A DNA stretch of 34,635 nucleotides from Octopus sinensis. Lineage: Eukaryota. Within the stretch, counting starts at the first letter, position 1. The number at the start of each line of letters is the position of its first letter. The notes below the pieces were generated by a model. That model made no database searches. It was not told the origin of the DNA and saw only the letters and a list, made by a program, of their open reading frames with translations. Of this stretch, positions 1 through 11,650 are shown piece by piece. The position numbers and the translations under genes were made by a program. The DNA is taken from the NCBI RefSeq assembly GCF_006345805.1, contig NW_021831962.1, positions 1 to 34,635 of the forward strand, given 5' to 3'.

Positions 1-203
1 CAGATATTAATAATCAGTTCAGCGACATTCCTTTATATACTCCAGTCCGCTGGTTATCACTTCACAAAGTTGTTAAAAGATTTTATTTGTTGAGATCGGA
101 AATAATTTTATTTATGGAGATGAAAGGGCAACAAAAATGCGGCCCTCGAAGCGAAATTGTTACAAAATGCGGCCCTCGAAGCGAAATGAGTTTGACACCC
201 CTG
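1..203 (+). mobile_element. hAT (Buster/Charlie-type) element, internally deleted 3' end with right TIR, inserted into a pogo/Tigger transposase
   Basis: Frame from nt 3 reads DIPLYTPVRWLSLHKVVKRFYLLRSEI (the xxVRWLS hAT motif). It ends in TTTGACACCCCTG (reverse complement CAGGGGTGTCAAAC, a hAT-type TIR), followed by ATCTAAAG, an nnnTAnnn 8-mer typical of Buster target sites. A 24-nt subterminal repeat lies at 134-157 and 164-187. Confidence 0.75.
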
Positions 204-1232
204 ATCTAAAGGAGCCATTTTAAATGATAGGATTATTACTGAGAAAGCAAAAGCCTTTGCATTGAATCTCGGGATTACTGAATTCAAAGGAAGCAAAGGG
301 TGGTTAGTTAAATTTAAAAAGAGGAATGGTTTGAAATTACGTAATATGCATGGAGAATCTGCAACTCCAAATTTTGACCCTAATTTAGTATCAGATTTCA
401 TTGAATTAATCAAAAATAAAATCAGTCTTTACGGAGCTCAAAATGTTTATAATGCCGATGAAACTGGCTTATTTTACAAAATGATACCGTCTAAGAGTGT
501 TGTAAAACCATTAAATCTGGCTATAAAGTCCTGAAAGACAGAGTTTCTGTTATGTTATGTACAAATGTTGACGGTACAGATAAGCGAACACCCTTACTAA
601 TTGGGTTGTTTAAAAATCCAAGATGTTTCAAGAATTTCGATATCAAAAAATATGTTATATATTCAAATTCAAAGAGAGCATGGATGGATAGCAGAATTTT
701 TAATCAATTTCTATTAAAATGGGAAATGGAATTGCGAAAACAGATAGAAAAATTTTGCTTGTTGTAGATCAATCTCCTGCACATAAGGTGAATTTCATGA
801 AATTTACATTAGGTATTGATTGAATTAAAACAAATTGAGATGTTATTTCTACCACCTAATACAACATCTTTTTTACAGCCCATGGATCAGGGCATAATTA
901 AATCGTATAAATGTAAATTCAATTCTCTAAAATTTCTAATATAATTCAAAAAAATTGAAGCTGGGACAAACCCCTATGTTGCACACAAACAACTAAGCAT
1001 AAAAGATTCAATATTATTACATATTATGCTTGGAACAAAATAGAAAGTTCCTTAATTTAAATTGTTTCATTCATGCAAAATGGACTCAAAACAATGAAAA
1101 TATTAATTATGAAAATGCCTTAATTGAAAATTATGATAATATTCTGGAAAAAATGGATATTATTGATCCGTTAGAAGAAAGTCTTTATATTGAGATTGAA
1201 TATAATGAAAGTGAAGAACTTGAATTAAATAA
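204..1232 (+). mobile_element. pogo/Tigger-family transposase (CENP-B-type HTH + DDE_1), frameshifted, with one 25-nt intron (788-812)
   Basis: Motifs FKGSKGWLVKFKKRNGL..MHGES, YNADETGLFYK, NSKRAWMDSRIF, and DQSPAHK|VLIELKQIEMLFLPPNTTSFLQPMDQGIIKS, which joins in frame only after removing GT..AG 788-812. An acidic tail lies near 1200. Confidence 0.85.
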
Positions 1233-2493
1233 TTCAGTTAAAATTATCTCGTCGATGAGGAAAGAGCATTCTTTGGACCTAAAACAACGAGTTGTAACTG
1301 CCCACCAAAACGGTAAAAGTTATGGAGAGATTTCTAAATTGTTGATATTACCAAAAAGTACTGTTCGAAATATTATTACTCGATGGAAGCAACGCGGAAC
1401 TGTTATTAATAAACCAAGATCGGGTGCTCCAAAAAAGATATCTCTGCGTTCTTCTTCATTAATGAAAAGATTAGTTACTTCAAACCCAAAAATAACTCGA
1501 AAAGAATTGGCCGATAATTTAAAAATCACAGGAACGTCAGTGTCCCTTCGTACAATCACTTCTACACTACGCAAAGAAGGTATCAATAAGAGAAGGCCCC
1601 GTCGAGTTCCGTTATTAAAAAAAATACACCTTTCAGCGCGAATCCAATATGCAAAAAATCTTTTGAACAAAGAAAATGAATTCATAAACAATATTTGTGG
1701 TCGGACGAATCAAAAATACAACTTTTCGGACTGAACTACACGCTTTCAATTTGGCGCAAATCAAATCAGGCGTATATCCCAAAATGCACCATACCTACCG
1801 TAAAGCACGGGGGAGGTAGTATCATGTTGTGGGGTTGTTTTTCATCAACAGGTGTTGGTGAACTATTTGTAATTGATGGAATGATGAATTCTCTTAAATA
1901 TTGCGAAATTTTGGAAAAATGTCTTTTACCTTCGGTCGCGAACTTAAATTTGACACAACATTGGACATTCCAGCATGACAACGATCCTAAGCACAAGTCA
2001 AAAGTAACCGTTAAATGGTTAGAAAAAAACAAAATAAATGTTTTGGAATGGCCAAGTCAATCGCCAGACCTGAATCCCATCGAAAACTTATGGAAAATAT
2101 TAAAAATAAAAGTTGGCTTAAGAAAACCAAAAAATATCCAGGAATTAAAAACAATTTGCTACGAAGAATGGAAAAATATTTTTAAAGTAGAATGTCAAAA
2201 ACTAATTTTTCTTACAAAAAGCGATTGGAAGCAGTTCTGCTAGCAAAAGGGAATGCGACTAAATATTAATTGGATTTCGTGCCATTACTTTTTTCCCTCA
2301 AAAATTGACTTTTAAAAATAATCGTTAATTAGTGCACTATTAATAATTCCCTTTAAGATAGTTTTTAATAATTTATCTAAAAAGTTCTATATTACTAATT
2401 TATTTTTAAAGTAATGTATTAATAATTTTTTTGCAAAGAATTGTTAAATTTAGTCAAAATTTGCAAAGGTTCCATGACTTTTTTGCCCCACTG
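1233..2493 (+). mobile_element. Tc1 (DD34E) element lacking its left TIR; transposase about 1255-2269 with two single-base frameshifts
   Basis: MRKEHSLDLKQRVV HTH, RSGAPKKI, WSDESK, TVKHGGGSIMLWGCFS, FQHDNDPKH, WPSQSPDLNPIENLW, ending TKY-stop. Right TIR ...CCATGACTTTTTTGCCCCACTG is followed by TA (2494-2495). Confidence 0.9.
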
Positions 2494-2495
2494 TA

Positions 2496-2609
2496 TATAC
2501 AAAAAACAACCAATTAAGGGACAATGCCCAAAATTTTCAAATTGTATGTGGACAAGGGGGCGATAAAATATCTAAGGGGGCGATGAACCAAAAAAGTTGA
2601 GAATGCCTG
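2496..2609. mobile_element. Terminal fragment of a hAT (Buster-like) element
   Basis: Ends GTTGAGAATGCCTG (reverse complement CAGGCATTCTCAAC), followed by CATTATAC (nnnTAnnn). Subterminal AAGGGGGCGAT occurs twice. Confidence 0.55.
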
Positions 2610-2689
2610 CATTATACGATGGATTATCAAACAACAAATATGTTGTGGTAGATCAACAAAATTTCCAGGAAAATGTTAACATTTGAATT

Positions 2690-2717
2690 TTATGCACATA
2701 CGGACGGCAAAGGTTAA
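2690..2717. mobile_element. Possible piggyBac-like terminus
   Basis: CGGACGGCAAAGG immediately followed by TTAA. No partner end or transposase seen. Confidence 0.3.
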
Positions 2718-3559
2718 AATTAAAATAAAAGTATTTCGGAACACCAATTGAAAAGTCAATATTTTACAAAGATTTAAGAATTGTGAATAATAAAGAGATT
2801 AAAAAGTAATATTTTACAAAGATTTAATCAAATTTTGATCAAAGAAAAATACAATAAAATAAAGTTGATAAATCATGAAATACCAATAAAAATGAATATA
2901 TACAATAGAAAGAAAATCAATTAAAAAGACGCATTCAATTGAGATTAAACTAGTAAGACAATAGGCACAAATTAACTTGTAAAATAACTTTTTTCAAGGT
3001 ATTCTACATGTACCCAATATTTAATCAGCAATAAAATGCATATAGAAAATTATACTTTAAAAAAATTGAATAAAAAATAATAATCAACGTACAAAAACAA
3101 AACAAACACAACAACAGGAAAGCGTGCAGAACACGCTATTGATAATAATTCGATATTTTTATTTATTTCAAAAAATAAATATTTTTAGAAAATATATAAG
3201 TTATAATTCGATAATTGATTATATAACTTGATTTTTGAAAATCCTTGGAATAGAATTGTTTTTATGTTCAAAAAACCAAAACCTAACGAACAACGAGAAA
3301 TCGTTAACGAAAGATAAAAACAAAGCACCGAAGTGTTTCTTTCAGTGAAACGCCTAGCATAGTGATCAAACACAAGTTTTCTTCAGGACCATCGGGATTG
3401 TGGGCGCAGAGGAGACTTGAGAGTCTTCAAACCTTCCTCAAGTTCTCTCCGTAAGCCAATTTCACTACGAGACCTTTTATCTTTTCCAACTATATACATG
3501 AGAACTATCCAAGATGATAATTTTCAATTTATTTATTAACAAGAAATCTATTTAAAATA

Positions 3560-4734
3560 ACAAAGATTCAAAAAAGGATTAAATTTGGTTTATTATTTTG
3601 ACGAGGAACATTAAGCTCTGAATTAATTTCACTAGATTCTGCTGCCTCTTCTTTAATGAGACGATATATTAATTACAATCTTATTTCACATACAAAGTGA
3701 CGGAATAATGTGTGGAGAGTCCCTATCTCGATGTAATCTGCCCCTGTGATTTCCAAGAGGTTATTTTTTTACCGATGACCACTGCCCGACGGATTAATGA
3801 TAATTTGTAATATTTTTAAGCATTGGTAATATGGAATTTGTTTCTCAATTACCAAAGAAAAGGAAGCCCTGTCGATCCACGTTTGCTATCATTGTTTCAA
3901 GGTTATCGTAATATCTATAAATTTCGTGCTTAACTGTCGGTATGGTACATTTTTTGTCATATTCTTGATTTTTTTCCTCCAAATATATTTGTTATAATTA
4001 AGGCCAAAAAGTTCAATTTTGGTTTCATCTGATTATAATATGTTCATAATATATTTTAAATCTTTATTTAAAATATTCTGAGCGAATTTTAGTCGCGCTG
4101 ATATATGAACTTTTCTTAGTAGAGGAATATGTCGTGCCCTCCTTTTATGAATTCCTTATTTGCGCAATGTATTAGTTATCGTAGATAAACCAACTTTGAT
4201 TCCCACGGTCTCTAAATCATCTACCAGCTTGCTTCTAATAATTCTGGGATCATTTGCCACACTCTTTTTTATCATTGAAAAAGAACGGCTCGATATCTTT
4301 TTAGGTGCACCAGACTTCGATTTATTGCAAACATTGTTCTTTCCAACGGACTATTATATTCCTTACTGAACTTTTCGGAATATTGAATTGTCTGGAAATT
4401 TGGTTGTAACTTTTTTTTCTTGGTGGGACTTGACGATCATCTGTTTTAGCTCAAAAGAATATTCCTTCCGATTTCCCATAAAGTAATGCTAAAAACGGCT
4501 GTTTTGTAATATCAATTGATAATGAGTTATTAAGTGACAACAAAGCTTTTGTGAAGAAAATTAAAAGAATAATCTGACAGAATGACATTCTCTTATCATA
4601 TGCACTTAAACAAAAACTGTAGATATAACATTTTTCAAAAAAATAATTAAAAGTCAAAATACTTAATATTTTATGGGTAAAAACGTAAAATACTAAAATT
4701 TATTAAGTGGTGCCATGACTTTTTGGGCCCACTG
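3560..4734 (-). mobile_element. Decayed Tc1 element related to the one at 1233-2493 (left TIR plus degenerate transposase from ATG at 4479)
   Basis: TA + CAGTGGGCCCAAAAAGTCATGGCAC TIR on the minus strand. The minus-strand translation starts MGNRKEYSFELKQMIVKSHQ and contains KSGAPKKISSRS, closely matching the 1255 transposase. The 3' part is heavily mutated, so the left boundary is approximate. Confidence 0.8.
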
Positions 4735-4783
4735 TAGATGATCTAATTCATCTACTAAACAATTTCCCACGGGTGCTTAACAA

Positions 4784-5260
4784 ATGTCAACATGGGAGAT
4801 CTCGCCTGTTCTACTATACAACTCGTCAACATGGGGGATCTCGGACACTGAACTGAAGACTATAGACTCTTTTCATTGTAAACAACTACGTCTCTTACAT
4901 GGAATACACTGGCCATCAAAAATTAACAATCTATCTCTGTGTAGACATTACGATACTACGCCGTTGTCCCAAGAAATCGTTGGAGGCCGGTAGAAATTAT
5001 TTGGCCATATTTTGCAAATGGACCCCAGAGCTCCGGCCAATCGGGCAATGGACGACTATTTCTCCGAACATGGAAACAAATATCGTGGAAGACCTAGATC
5101 CACTCTTCCGGCAGTTCTGGAAAGGGATCTCCAACTTCATGGCAAAAGTTTCAAAAACTGGGACGACCTAGAATCTTTGCGGGATCTCACCCGCAACAGA
5201 GGGGCATGGACGAGGATGGTCCAGAAGATTGTTTCGCTTGTGACACGTGTGGAATTATAA
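4784..5260 (+). mobile_element. 3' fragment of an RTE-clade non-LTR retrotransposon
   Basis: SPVLLYNSSTW...IDSFHCKQLRLLHGIHWP, LFGHILQM, RGRPRSTL, LTRNRGAW are typical RTE C-terminal motifs. Contains an internal stop. Confidence 0.75.
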
Positions 5261-5789
5261 CTTTGTTTATGTTCCTACGGAATGTGTTATAATAATGCTA
5301 AAAAGAACATGAACTTCAAAGCTAACCTCAATGTATTAGAAATTGATTTTACTGCATTAAATGAAAACTACATTCCTTAAAATTCTCTTCTCAATATTGT
5401 GAGGTTGTGTTGTTATCAATTAAGGGTTCGTCTTTAACCTTATTATTGAATCATCCCAATATAAGAAAATCGTTAATTAAACAAATACTTAAAAATTATA
5501 AAAATCAAGTTTTCTCATCTCTTTTTCATATTTTTTTCCAATTTTTTAATTATATGTCTCATGGAGGTGCTAGTATTGCATTTATTAACTATGTTAACCT
5601 TGAACTTATGACTAATTTAAATCATATATCATCAATTTAATAAAATCAAACAAAAATATAGGTTTCTCGATCTATTTCGGATTTATCGCAACCAAAATCA
5701 GATTTGTTGCAATCAAAATTAGATTTGTTGTAACCGAAATCAGAAAAGTTAAAAACATTTATTAAAAGAAATTTTATTTATTAATTATT

Positions 5790-6120
5790 TCTCCTCTCTC
5801 CGACATACAAATATAACCTAGTATTTTTCTATAAAACGAATCACAATGTTCTCAAGTTATTTCACTAAATTTTTCGAAAATTAAGTTCTTTAATTGCGTT
5901 TCACTTTGAGCTTCAGCTCTTGTAACTAAATTTTTTCAAACAGAGAAAATATTTTCTATGGGATTGAGGAAGGGCGAATAAGGGCAAGAAAAAACAAATT
6001 AAAATCATTAGAACTAATAAATTTCTTTACACCCAAATAATGACGTATTCGTGCATTATCTGCCATGAACACTGTAGATTTAATGTTTTTCACTTTACAT
6101 GATTCAATAATTTCTATTAA
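5790..6120 (-). mobile_element. C-terminal fragment of an IS630/Tc1-superfamily transposase
   Basis: Minus strand reads VFMADNARIRH...PYSPFLNPIENIFS. About 20-nt tandem repeats at 5680-5745 may be subterminal repeats. Confidence 0.75.
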
Positions 6121-6725
6121 AGTGTATACATGTAATACAAGTGATATGCTTTTTAAAAATAATTAACAAATATGTATTTATGACTGTCACTAAACTATTT
6201 TCTATATTTATTTATTTGAAGATACGCTTGCGGTTTAAGGAGATTCCAAGTTCAGCCAATACTTTATTGTAATGTGGGATGTAAAGTTATTAGAACAGTC
6301 GACGATAGACGTGCATAATATACAGACACTCAACTTAAGTCTGGACGTTCAACGTAAGTCACACAGAGTTCGGTTTGATTAGTGAATGCGTACCTCAACA
6401 TTTAGTCTTGCACAATGAACTGATTTTAAATTGAGCAAGGATGAAAATCCTTGTTTGCAGAAAAATGTTTTTTGGAAATAAAAGAATAAATTCAATTATA
6501 TGTAATCCAATTCTTTGATATTTGGATAGCCTTTTACATCAAAACTTAATTAATGGTGCAGATTCGAATTAGTTTTTTTGACTTATAAGAATGTATTAAT
6601 TCAATAAATTTTTCGTAGATCTTTAAAGATAAATCATAAACGGAAAAGAAATTTTTCACCAATTAAATAAAAAGAATTTCTTAAAATGATTGGCAATTTT
6701 AATAACATTGTCAAGAACGTATTTA

Positions 6726-8252
6726 CAGTCTGTACCAAAACATTATAATACTGGTAAATTTAGTTAAAATATAACTCTATTTTCACAAATATCCATTTTT
6801 ATGACTTAATTTTTTACATCCAAATTCAAATTTACTTTCTTTAACTATTTAAAAAATTATTTGATTTTACGAGATCACTGGTTGGGGTGATACAAATTGT
6901 CATGTACCATAACATTATAATAATTTTTGTCATGTACCATAACATTATAATAATTTTTATATTTTTCATACAAAAACAAATTTATTTTAAATTTAACACG
7001 TTATTATTTAATTGACATGGGACGAAAAAGCGACTTGTCATTTGATACCAAAAAAATTATTTTAAATCTCCATACCTTTGGACTTAGTCAAAACAAAATC
7101 GCGGAAATCACAAATTGCTCACAAGGATCAGTTTCCAACGTGTTGCGAAAGCAGAATAACGAGAAAAACAATCGTGTCGGAAAGGGAAGGCCGAAATTAA
7201 CGTCTTCACGAGAAGAAAGAGTTATTCAAAGAGTTTTGATGGAAAATAGATTCATCTCTATTAAGGAAATTTCCGAAAAACTTATTCCTCACGGAATTAA
7301 TTTGAGCCGAATGACAATAAGCAGACGTCTAAACCAATTGGGATTTTTTTCCAGAACCCCAAGCCCTTCCTAACATTAAAACAACAGAAGCAAAGATTAG
7401 CTTGGGCTAAAGGGAAAATAAACTGGACTATAGAACAGTGGTCCAAAGTTATTTTTTCTGACGAATCTAAGTTTCTGCTGTCAATTGGTGAAAAAGGTGC
7501 GTATGTTTGGCGTAAAAGAAATGAAACAATTCATCCTTCATGCATAAATCAAAAGCTTCATTACAGAAAAGGAGCTATGGTGTGGGGAGCGATGAGTTTT
7601 AATGGGTTGAGCCCGCTTTCAATTATTGATTCAACTGTAAATGGATTAGTATACAGAGAAATATTAGAAAAAAATTTAATTTCAACTGGTCAAAAGTTAT
7701 ATGATGGATGTAATTACATTTTTCAACAGGACAATGCTCCTGCACACACTGCAAAAGATACGATTGAGTGGATTCAAAACCAAAAAATTAATCTTATGAA
7801 ATGGCCTCCTAATTCGCCTGATCTCAATCCAATCGAAAATCTTTGGGGAATAATGAAACGAAAAGTTATGGCTCGTGGAATAAAAACGATAGAGGATCTG
7901 AAAAATGAACTGAAAATCATATGGAATGAAATTAAAATTGAAGAAATAAAAGTTTTAATTGAATCAATGCCAAAAAGAGTAGATGCTGTACTAAAATCTC
8001 GAGGGAAAAACATCAAATACTAGAAAATATTATAATCTTTTGTTACATGACAAAAATTATTATAATGTTTTGGTACATGACAATATATTTTTAGCATGTA
8101 ATATATTTTTAAGAATAATTTATTTAAGAATAGTTAGATAAGTCAATTTAGAAATTACATGCTAAAAATTAACACTTAAAAATTGATATAAGTAGAGATA
8201 CAAATGATTTATTGATAAATTTGCCAATATTATAATGTTTTGGTACAGACTG
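6726..8252 (+). mobile_element. Full-length IR/DR-type Tc1 element (1527 bp) with TA TSD; transposase 7017-8023 with one frameshifting deletion near 7360
   Basis: TA-CAGTCTGTACCAAAACATTATAATA ... TATTATAATGTTTTGGTACAGACTG-TA. Inner repeats TTGTCATGTACCATAACATTATAATA occur twice at about 6897-6958 and inverted at about 8030-8083. Motifs GRPKLTS, FSDESK, QQDNAPAH, WPPNSPDLNPIENLW. Confidence 0.93.
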
Positions 8253-8409
8253 TACGTTCAGGAGGCATTGTCTTTATAACTAAAGAATAATAGAGAATTA
8301 ATGTCAAAATTGAATGAATTATCTTTTTTGAGGATAGATGATTTTTTATATTCAACAAAAGGACACACGACAGAGTTAATATAGTTTACGACTTTACAAG
8401 ACGCTCGAC

Positions 8410-8990
8410 CAGCCTCCATTTTTCCAGATTATAGCGAAAGACAAACATTCGAAGATCCATGATGACTCTCTAACCGTTTCTTATACTTGATATCCGTTGA
8501 TCGAGCAAGTGAAGGAAACGAAGTGTCTTGAGGCAAAAGATGCCGGATTATTCCAATTGGAATAAAGATCAGGGAGTTCAAAAGTGGCCATACTTAAGAA
8601 TCTTGCGATCCTCGGCATGTCTCGGAGCAACAGAGCGAGATTTTCACCCGAGAATGTGTCTGAGCAAATAGAATCCTAAATAAGAGATTTCCCTTGCTTG
8701 TATAAAAGCGGTGACAGGCGTTTGGTTGTTTGCCGTATCTTCTATCCAGCTCAAATGGTTCGAGGATTGACGGAATACCATCGGAAACAGAAGCTCTCTG
8801 TATGACAATGTTGCTTTCGTTGTGTCGAGGGGCACGACCACCACTTCGACAACAAGCGAGAGGCTGTAACCGTATTTGTCTACATTTCCTCAACAGTGAC
8901 ATTTGTGGGACTGGCAGATTTCCAGCCCGACACGAAGATACTTAAACAATATTTGTCCACCAAGCTAAAGTATACTGTAATGTACACATT
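8410..8990 (-). mobile_element. Decayed CRE-like RLE retrotransposon, C-terminal (endonuclease) region
   Basis: CCRSGGRAPRHNESNIVIQRA..GIPSILEP..LDR..GKQP, then AEDRKILKY and WIFECLSFAI, matching CRE RHN / EP / KxxKY / QRISxAI blocks. Confidence 0.65.
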
Positions 8991-9339
8991 TTCCTGCCAA
9001 AGAATCATAACTCTCTGACAGGTCAAAAGCAGAATTTTTTGAATTTTCCAAAACAAATGTTAATAATGTATTCAAATCTTCATTATTTAATATTCTAGGT
9101 CTTCCAGATCCTAGGAGCTTTATTTTGTGCCATATTTTTGTATTTGCGTATTAATTCACCAACTGTTAATTTAGGAATTTTGAGTTCTGAAAGTTTTTGT
9201 AGGTACAATTGAGCAAATATAATTGTATTATTTGTCCTTTCATAGTTTCTAGAATAACCGCATTGAACAACAGCAGAAAAAACAAGAATTTTAAATTTTT
9301 CACAAATACAAATCCATTTATTAAAAAATAATTGATAAA

Positions 9340-9640
9340 GCCGGTTTTTTTCAGCCTTGTATTGCCTACGGCTGCGGATCATGGGTCCGCGGTATCGTGG
9401 TCCAACAGGAGGCGAATCGAGGAGGCCCAACAAAGGGCCCTCAAATTAACCGATCGTTGGTCGCATGATAGCCAACGCCCCGGTCCAGCTTCTCTGGAAG
9501 ACCTTATCAAGCTGAACCTCGGCCCGTCAGGGAATGCTCCGCCAAAAACGGCCTGCCGCCCGGTGCCATCTTGTGTGGGCGCGTGGAAAGATCATCGGGC
9601 GAAGATGAGGTCCCTGGTCGAGTGCATCGGGATCACGTGA
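9340..9640 (+). mobile_element. Decayed LINE RT-thumb fragment
   Basis: GC-rich island. FFSLVLPTAADHGSAV..RRIEEAQQRALK resembles the post-RT region of APE-type LINEs. Confidence 0.45.
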
Positions 9641-10504
9641 CTTTTGTTTTGACTCTTACCGTGGTCTTGGCGGCTAAATAAATAAGAGTTAACTTTACGA
9701 GAATTACAAATTTTAAAAAATTTATACATACTGTATGTTCTTTGGAATGCTCTTTTCGATACTTTTACGACTGGTACCACGTCGAGTGCTCGAGGAAGTA
9801 TTGATGTGCTTTTTTCCTTTTAAGGTCATCCATTCTCATTATTCTAGTCATTTAACTGTCAACTGCATTTAAATGATACAATTTAAGAACAGTTGGATGA
9901 CGAGGACTGGAACCTAAACAAGGGAAATCAGAAAAGCTTAAACAAGGCCTCAGGAGAATCGGACAACAGAGCCTGGTCAATGATAAAGGAAAGTATTTTT
10001 GCGACTGTTAGTCTCGCCGACTTCACGATTCTTACCAGAACATGAGAATACAAACGAAAGAGAGAAAGAAGGCAAAACTATGACTCAGTACTTAAGTACT
10101 GAAAGAAGAAATCGCAGCCGCGAGAAGAACGGAACAAGGGTTAATGGAAAGCACAAGACATCCTTGGCACTTCCAGTTAGGAATTAACAAAGAGCGGGCC
10201 TTAGAAAGCTCCACACAGGAGTAATAAAAAAGATGCCCACACAAGAAGCACAAGAGCGACCCTTCTTGCGCGGATTGGATATTTTACAAACGGGACAATT
10301 GGCCATGGATATTGAAAAGAAAAGAATTGTTTAGACCGGATAAAATGAACAAGAAACCGTGAGAACAAAAAACTGTGTAATCTGTATGTTTAACAAAAAG
10401 TTTTAGTGTTTTTTGTTTAGTGTTTTACGTTAAATTTTTGTGTTAATTTTTCTAGTTTATACGTAAATAAAGCTATATTTTTAGGTTACGAGCAAGAAAA
10501 AGGG

Positions 10505-10730
10505 GCCTTGACATTCTTCTTCAATGCATGCAACAATATGTTCGAGCTAAAACGTCGATCGAAGCACTGAAAAAGAACGACCCACCATTCCTGGGCATTC
10601 TGGAAACTTTCCCAACACTGGAAAAGATCGAATTTTATCCAGTCCTTTCGGGTCGTGCATTCAGTCCCATTTGCAATGGCAAGAACAATGTTTTGTTCTT
10701 CGGACGTCTGCCTCTCCGATGCAGTTTTTC
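10505..10730 (-). mobile_element. Diverged fragment of the N-terminal region of an R4-clade element related to 20838-23949
   Basis: Minus strand GTGTTGGGAAAGTTTCCAGAATGCCCAGGAATGGT matches GTGTTGGGCAGGTTTCCAAGAATGCCCAGGAATGGT at about 21036-21071. Flanking peptides (ECT..W, F...FS, KK) also align. Confidence 0.65.
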
Positions 10731-10904
10731 ATTCTACTCTAGGTATATTATGAATAGGACAACATTTTTATTTACTTAAAGAAAAAAATTGCCATTAAAA
10801 ATCAATGAAGAGAACAACCGAAGATCTTTAGAAATGTAATTTTTATTAAAATTTATTAATATTTTAAAACCTCGCAGCCCTAGCGTCTCGCAAATTTTAC
10901 GGTC

Positions 10905-11250
10905 AATTAGATTGATGATGGCATTAATTCAATCCATTTGAGGGACCTCACGTCCCCTCTGACGGCCGATTCAGGCAGTGCTCTATTATATTCGATCAAT
11001 CGGCTTTGTACTCAGATCATTACTGGCTCTTTACCTGCCGTAGCAAGAAGTCTCCTTTTTTTGCAAATCTTATGGCTTTCCGCAAGAGTGATGGCGAACG
11101 TATTCAGTTGCCTCGCTCTTAAAATAATGTCTCATTATTGTCCCGCAATTAAATCGTATTAACGACCAATGACCAAAGGGGGACTGCTGGCTTTTCGAGC
11201 CCGTCTTGGTTTCAATTCTCCACAGGAACTCCTCTCGATTCGTCCGTCGC
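10905..11250 (+). mobile_element. Decayed CRE-like retrotransposon fragment (pre-RT region)
   Basis: DG...HLRDLTSP...SALLYSINRLC..IITGSLP...LLF resembles the CRE DGLRPQHLKDL block. Confidence 0.5.
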
Positions 11251-11279
11251 ACTGACCTTCAAGTCTGCAACACTAGTTA

Positions 11280-11650
11280 TTTTCTTTTATTTTTTCTGAA
11301 TTTATCTACCCACGTAAATACAATATGTACTAAAGCCAGACGTGCAATCTCTGGTTATTCTTTTGGACAAACCAAGGGAAGTCTAAAACTGGTATAAAGC
11401 AATTCATTTAAACAGTAATCAACTATGCCCCCGTCTTGCTGGTCTCCGTGCGTCTCGCTCTCATCCCTTGAGAAATTAAAACGAGCACAGAATGCGAGGC
11501 TTAGAGCGATAAAAAGGATGTTTAAAATCTTACCCTATGATCACATCCATTTGGAAACAATCTTGCAATGTGGGGTTTCAATTTTTGGATGATCTTTCGA
11601 CTGCTTACCACCTGGCTCACAATCTTGCAAATCACTAACAGAGGAGCTGA
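11280..11650 (+). mobile_element. Decayed LINE (I/Jockey-like) RT-thumb fragment
   Basis: THVNTICTKARR, KQFI..VINYAPSCWSP, LEKLKRAQNARLRAI. Confidence 0.5.

Noticed and set aside
1320-2032. Antisense ORFs over transposases (also 7774-8016, 18648-18848, 20876-23999, 32396-32647)
   Set aside because: They are shadows of the sense-strand coding sequence with no motifs of their own.
6220-6420. Possible 5.8S/28S rRNA remnant
   Set aside because: Only a few short word matches, with no colinear conserved block.
6897-6958. Short direct repeats resembling a CRISPR array
   Set aside because: They are Tc1 inner repeats with no spacers, mirrored at the other end of the element, and the DNA is eukaryotic.
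9880-10330. Purine-rich stretch that may be a retroelement 3' region
   Set aside because: No diagnostic motif recognised.
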